Assembly: GCA_040755995.1 (NCBI GenBank)
Contig: JBFMAF010000048.1
Location: 1 to 10,725 of the forward strand
Reading direction: 5' to 3'
DNA length: 10,725 nucleotides
Source of the DNA: Acidobacteriota bacterium
GTDB taxonomy: Bacteria; Acidobacteriota; CAIWXX01
Each line of letters starts with the position of its first letter. Position 1 is the stretch's first letter. Below, piece by piece: positions 8,204 through 10,725 of the stretch. A program made the translations under genes and the position numbers. The notes beneath the pieces are model-generated. The model was not told the origin of the DNA and did not search any database. It saw only the letters and a list, made by a program, of their open reading frames with translations.

Positions 8204-9164
8204 CTAAGTAGAGATGGCGAGAACCCTTTGGCGGCGTCTGTAGCACGCATTGCACAGCGGGTGATTCTTGTTGGCCCTGTCCAGGTAGGCGTGGGCAGCC
8301 TTGACACGGCCACAATCTCCACACGAATGGATGGGCATGTGTCTGCGCCTATAGCAGGATCCGCACAAGGGTCCTCGGCCCGGAATGGTGGCCGCGGTTG
8401 ACCGTATTTCGCCGCACAAGGAGCATTTCCGTCTTGGCCGGTGAGTTCGAACATAGCATGTCCGGCAGACGGGCCCACGGCCAGGGATCCGCGATACGAT
8501 CCTTCTGGGTTCGCCACAATCAGCACAGGTCCGGATCGGCGCGTGGTCCGTCGCATAGCACCCGGGACAGACTGGACCGAGCCCGGCGATGTGTGCGGCC
8601 ATACGACCGACCTTCCCACAATCTGCGCACCTTCCCTGACGAAAGTGTCGGCGGGAATAGCATGTGTGGCATACGGGCCCGTGTCCGGACACCACCGAGG
8701 CAATAAAAGCGGACTCCCCCACAGTCGACGCACGTGCGGCGCGGCCGGAGCCTCGCATGGTAGCAAGCAGGGCAAACGGGTTCTCGACCGCCCACCCGAA
8801 ACACGACAGGTTTCCTCTTTCCGCACTCTCGACAGACCTCGATCGCCGTGTGATAGCAGCATTGTCCGACGAAGAGCCCGTCAGATCTGCGATAGGTAAG
8901 CCGTGACGTACGGCCGCATAGGTCGCATGTGCACGTGCGGCGGGCCCAACTTCTTCCCGCACAAATCGCGCACTTGGCGACGCGATCGATCAGCCCGTTC
9001 TGTCTATCGCGGACAGGTGACAGATAGATCGCCGCCCAGCGACCACACACAGAACAAGTGCCTTTGAGCCTTCTCCGACCGGGGCCCTTGAAGCGAGCGG
9101 GTTGATGGAGACGGGCGCAATCCTCCCCGCCGCAGACAGGGCAGTAAGGACTTGCGGGCGTCAC
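8204..9164 (-). CDS. Tandem 34-aa C4 zinc-finger repeat protein (about 319 aa if rejoined), interrupted by one +1 frameshift near 8705-8720
   Basis: ORF 8520..9164 supplies the N-terminal half up to CVDCG; ORF 8204..8962 supplies the C-terminal half from IASVVSGHGPVCHTCY. Removing one base in the T4 run (plus-strand AAAA 8705-8708) or the G5 run (plus-strand CCCCC 8716-8720) restores exact CxxC-x16-CxxC-x10 periodicity. Confidence 0.8.
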
Positions 9165-9170
9165 ACGTCG

Positions 9171-9179
9171 ATTATAGCA
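9171..9179 (-). promoter_or_regulatory. Extended -10 promoter TGcTATAAT; predicted leaderless transcript of the zinc-finger repeat gene
   Basis: Minus strand reads TGC TATAAT CGACGT GTG. TATAAT is at 9176-9171 with TG at 9179-9178, followed by 6 nt and then the GTG start at 9164. No Shine-Dalgarno is present. Confidence 0.7.
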
Positions 9180-9345
9180 TCACGCTCCGACCGGGGAGTC
9201 TAGCGACGATCCGCGCACCCGCCGCCGTGACTGACATCCGGTATCGCCAATCAGCTCCGGTCCCTTGCTGCTGGGTCAATCCCTGACCGCGGGCGGCTCG
9301 CAGACTCCATCAGGAGGCGTGCTGCGGAATCTTCCGGTATGGCCC

Positions 9346-9585
9346 CTATCTCGCTGGAATCTTGGCCACGGCATCCGACTCGCATCGCAGGGGCCGTCGA
9401 GTTCCCAGACCAATGAGAGATGCTGCGAAGTCATGATCGGCACCCACCCCCCGCCCGCACGCGCCAAAGATTATGTCACCCAGGAACAGGTCGTAGCGTA
9501 GAGCATCCTCTCCTGCTTCCAAGAGACTCACTTCCGGTGATCTGGCGTTCCATCAAGGAGGCAGACGCTAGTCGATGTCAATCAT
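9346..9585 (-). pseudogene. Degenerate putative immunity-protein gene (second toxin-immunity pair)
   Basis: ATG 9585 overlaps the upstream TGA (ATGA). Reads MIDID*RLPP*WNARSPEVSLLEAGEDALRYDLFLGDIIF, with stops at 9570-9568 and 9555-9553. GWVPIM lies in a shifted frame after the G6 run (9452-9447), then DFAASL returns to the first frame. Immunity role is inferred from position. Confidence 0.55.
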
Positions 9586-9730
9586 GTGCGGCACTGTGGG
9601 AAGGCAGTCTCGATCGTGCCGTCGGGACTTACGACCACTCGCAGTGGGCTGATGGCATTCCCTCCCAAGTCAGTGCCATTTGATGCTGAAGGTGAACGAT
9701 CGCACCGAGAAGCCGGTACTCTCCCTCGAC
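9582..9730 (-). pseudogene. Degenerate polymorphic-toxin C-terminal tip (orphan nuclease-like fragment)
   Basis: GTDLGGNAISPLRVVVSPDGTIETAFPQCRT* (9677-9582). The terminal G-x-I-x-TAFP pattern is typical of many Rhs/CdiA nuclease tips. A probable frameshift near 9678-9681 joins it to upstream IVHLQHQ. No credible start of its own. Confidence 0.55.
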
Positions 9731-9756
9731 TTGACAGTGGGCCGAACACAGGCTGT

Positions 9757-10158
9757 TCATAGCACGAAAACCAAGTGAAACGGAGTGCCACCTCTCCCCC
9801 ATCCCTCCGCAGCTAGTAGCCATGACTCCACCAGCTTTCCCGCCGTCCGGGTTGAATCTCGCCACATTTCCCCTGACCCCGACAGGACGAGAACGTAGCC
9901 ACGCGCTGGCAGCCATTCCATGTCCGTCAGGCACTCACCGAATGCATCCCAGTTCATTCCGAAGTAGCCTGCGAAGTGCATTCCATTTGCGAGGGCAGCG
10001 AGCAACTGCTTATCTGTTCGCACGTCTCCTACGTTGATCTCGAAAACCGTGATTCCCCGGTCGGCAAGCCCCTTCTTCAAGGCATCGTTTGCCTCGTCTT
10101 TCGATGCAAGTCTGATGGCTTGCCAGGTAACTTGCTGCAGGTCTTCTGGCAGTATCAT
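9757..10158 (-). CDS. Barstar-family ribonuclease inhibitor (immunity protein), 133 aa
   Basis: LLAALANGMHFAGYFGMNWDAFGECLTDMEWLP matches the barstar signature F-x-x-YFG-x-NWDA-x-x-x-CL-x-D. ATG 10158 follows the toxin stops (TGA TAATG) with GGAAGGA 8 nt upstream. The 206-aa track ORF is over-extended at its 5' end. Confidence 0.9.
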   Translation of the reverse strand: MILPEDLQQVTWQAIRLASKDEANDALKKGLADRGITVFEINVGDVRTDKQLLAALANGMHFAGYFGMNWDAFGECLTDMEWLPARGYVLVLSGSGEMWRDSTRTAGKLVESWLLAAEGWGRGGTPFHLVFVL

Positions 10159-10160
10159 TA

Positions 10161-10435
10161 TCAACGTCCTTCCGGATCTATCCGTGTGGAGGTCTGGTAG
10201 TGATCGTCGGTGTAGTAGCTCTCGCCGTTCCCTCCTTTCACGATTCGTCTTGCCCGGCGATTCGAGCATCCAGGCGTCTCGACGGTGTGTTCTTTGTAGT
10301 AGCCATCTGACTCTTGCGGCGGCTTTCCTTCCTTGTTCTTGACAACCTCCCCTCCTTCGAGTGAAGGAACGGGCCACCAGCGTCGATTCGATCGAGTGTT
10401 CGCTTGGTTTCCTACGTTTCTTGCGGATCGTTCAG
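10161..10435 (-). pseudogene. Guanyl-specific ribonuclease (RNase Sa/barnase/N1 family) toxin domain, inactivated
   Basis: Not in the ORF track. Manual translation gives LNDPQET*ETKRTLDRIDAGGPFLHSKE / EVVKNKEGKPPQESDGYYKEHTVETPGCSNRRARRIVKGGNGESYYTDDHYQTSTRIDPEGR*. This is colinear with RNase Sa (TLNLIASDGPFPYSQDGVVFQNRESVLP..GYYHEYTVITPGARTRGTRRII..YYTGDHYATF). It has an in-frame TAG at 10414-10412 and a 1-nt deletion near 10350-10352. Confidence 0.88.
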
Positions 10436-10559
10436 AGGATCTGATGTCTGCTGTGCCGAATCCTGGGGACCACCTTGAGCGTCAGCCTGCGCCTTCTCGC
10501 TCAGAGCTTGAGCGGCCTCCGCTGCCATGATTGCCTTCTTCACGGTCTTGTCAACGGGG

Positions 10560-10725
10560 GAGTCGATCGACGCAGAGAGGGCCGCCGCGGCCACCCTCCC
10601 CATCGGGACGACGCGATCCTTGCCGCCCTTGCCGGCGCGGATCGCGAGAGTCGTCTCGCACACATCCGCAAGCGTCAGCGCGCGAATCTCGGCGTTTCTG
10701 ATGCCGGTTGCATAGAGCAGCTCCA
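10560..10725 (-). pseudogene. XerC/XerD-type tyrosine recombinase, truncated (5' part outside window)
   Basis: Frame from 10723 reads ELLYATGIRNAEIRALTLADVCETTLAIRAGKGGKDRVVPMGRVAAAALSASID, i.e. box I with the catalytic Arg and the GKGxKxRxVP Lys loop. Similarity ends near 10560, and there is no HxxR or catalytic Tyr before the stop at 10412. Confidence 0.85.

Noticed and set aside
8520..8700. C-terminal tail of ORF 8520..9164 (and N-terminal part of ORF 8204..8962) as separate genes
   Set aside because: These are out-of-frame read-throughs on either side of one frameshift; the repeat periodicity shows a single gene.
7480..8862. 460-aa minus-strand ORF
   Set aside because: It lies antisense to the GHMP kinase and out of frame over the zinc-finger gene, has no motifs, and is a typical high-GC shadow ORF.
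8204..9164. Multiheme cytochrome, ferredoxin or TALE identity for the Cys-rich repeat protein
   Set aside because: Motifs are CxxCG/CxxCY rather than CxxCH or CxxCxxC, and there is no signal peptide. The 34-aa period matches TALE length only; there is no sequence resemblance.
10159..10377. N-terminal 73-aa extension of barstar in the ORF track
   Set aside because: It is an alternate frame of the RNase pseudogene. The better start is ATG 10158, which has an RBS and stop-start coupling.
10527..10554. Possible promoter TTGACA-N16-AATCAT on the minus strand at the recombinase/toxin junction
   Set aside because: The -35 is perfect but the -10 lacks the first T and the spacing is suboptimal; it could be chance within coding-derived sequence.

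Overview
High-GC bacterial DNA with two parts. Left (1-8103, + strand): a four-gene cluster encoding a secreted TolB-N/FlgO-like plus beta-propeller-like protein, a family-5 ABC-type solute-binding protein with no transporter partners in the window, a very large multi-TM NtrY-type histidine kinase with no response regulator in the window, and an HddA-like GHMP sugar kinase. Right (8204-10725, - strand, converging on the cluster): an accessory region that the ORF track largely misses. From the right end it holds a truncated XerC/D-type tyrosine recombinase running in frame into a decayed RNase Sa/barnase-family toxin tip, an intact barstar-family immunity gene, a second decayed toxin-tip/immunity pair, and a stand-alone protein of about eight tandem 34-aa CxxC...CxxC zinc-finger repeats. 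That last gene has a perfect extended -10 promoter placed for leaderless translation and is split by a single +1 frameshift. Family assignments come from motif recognition by eye; no searches were run.
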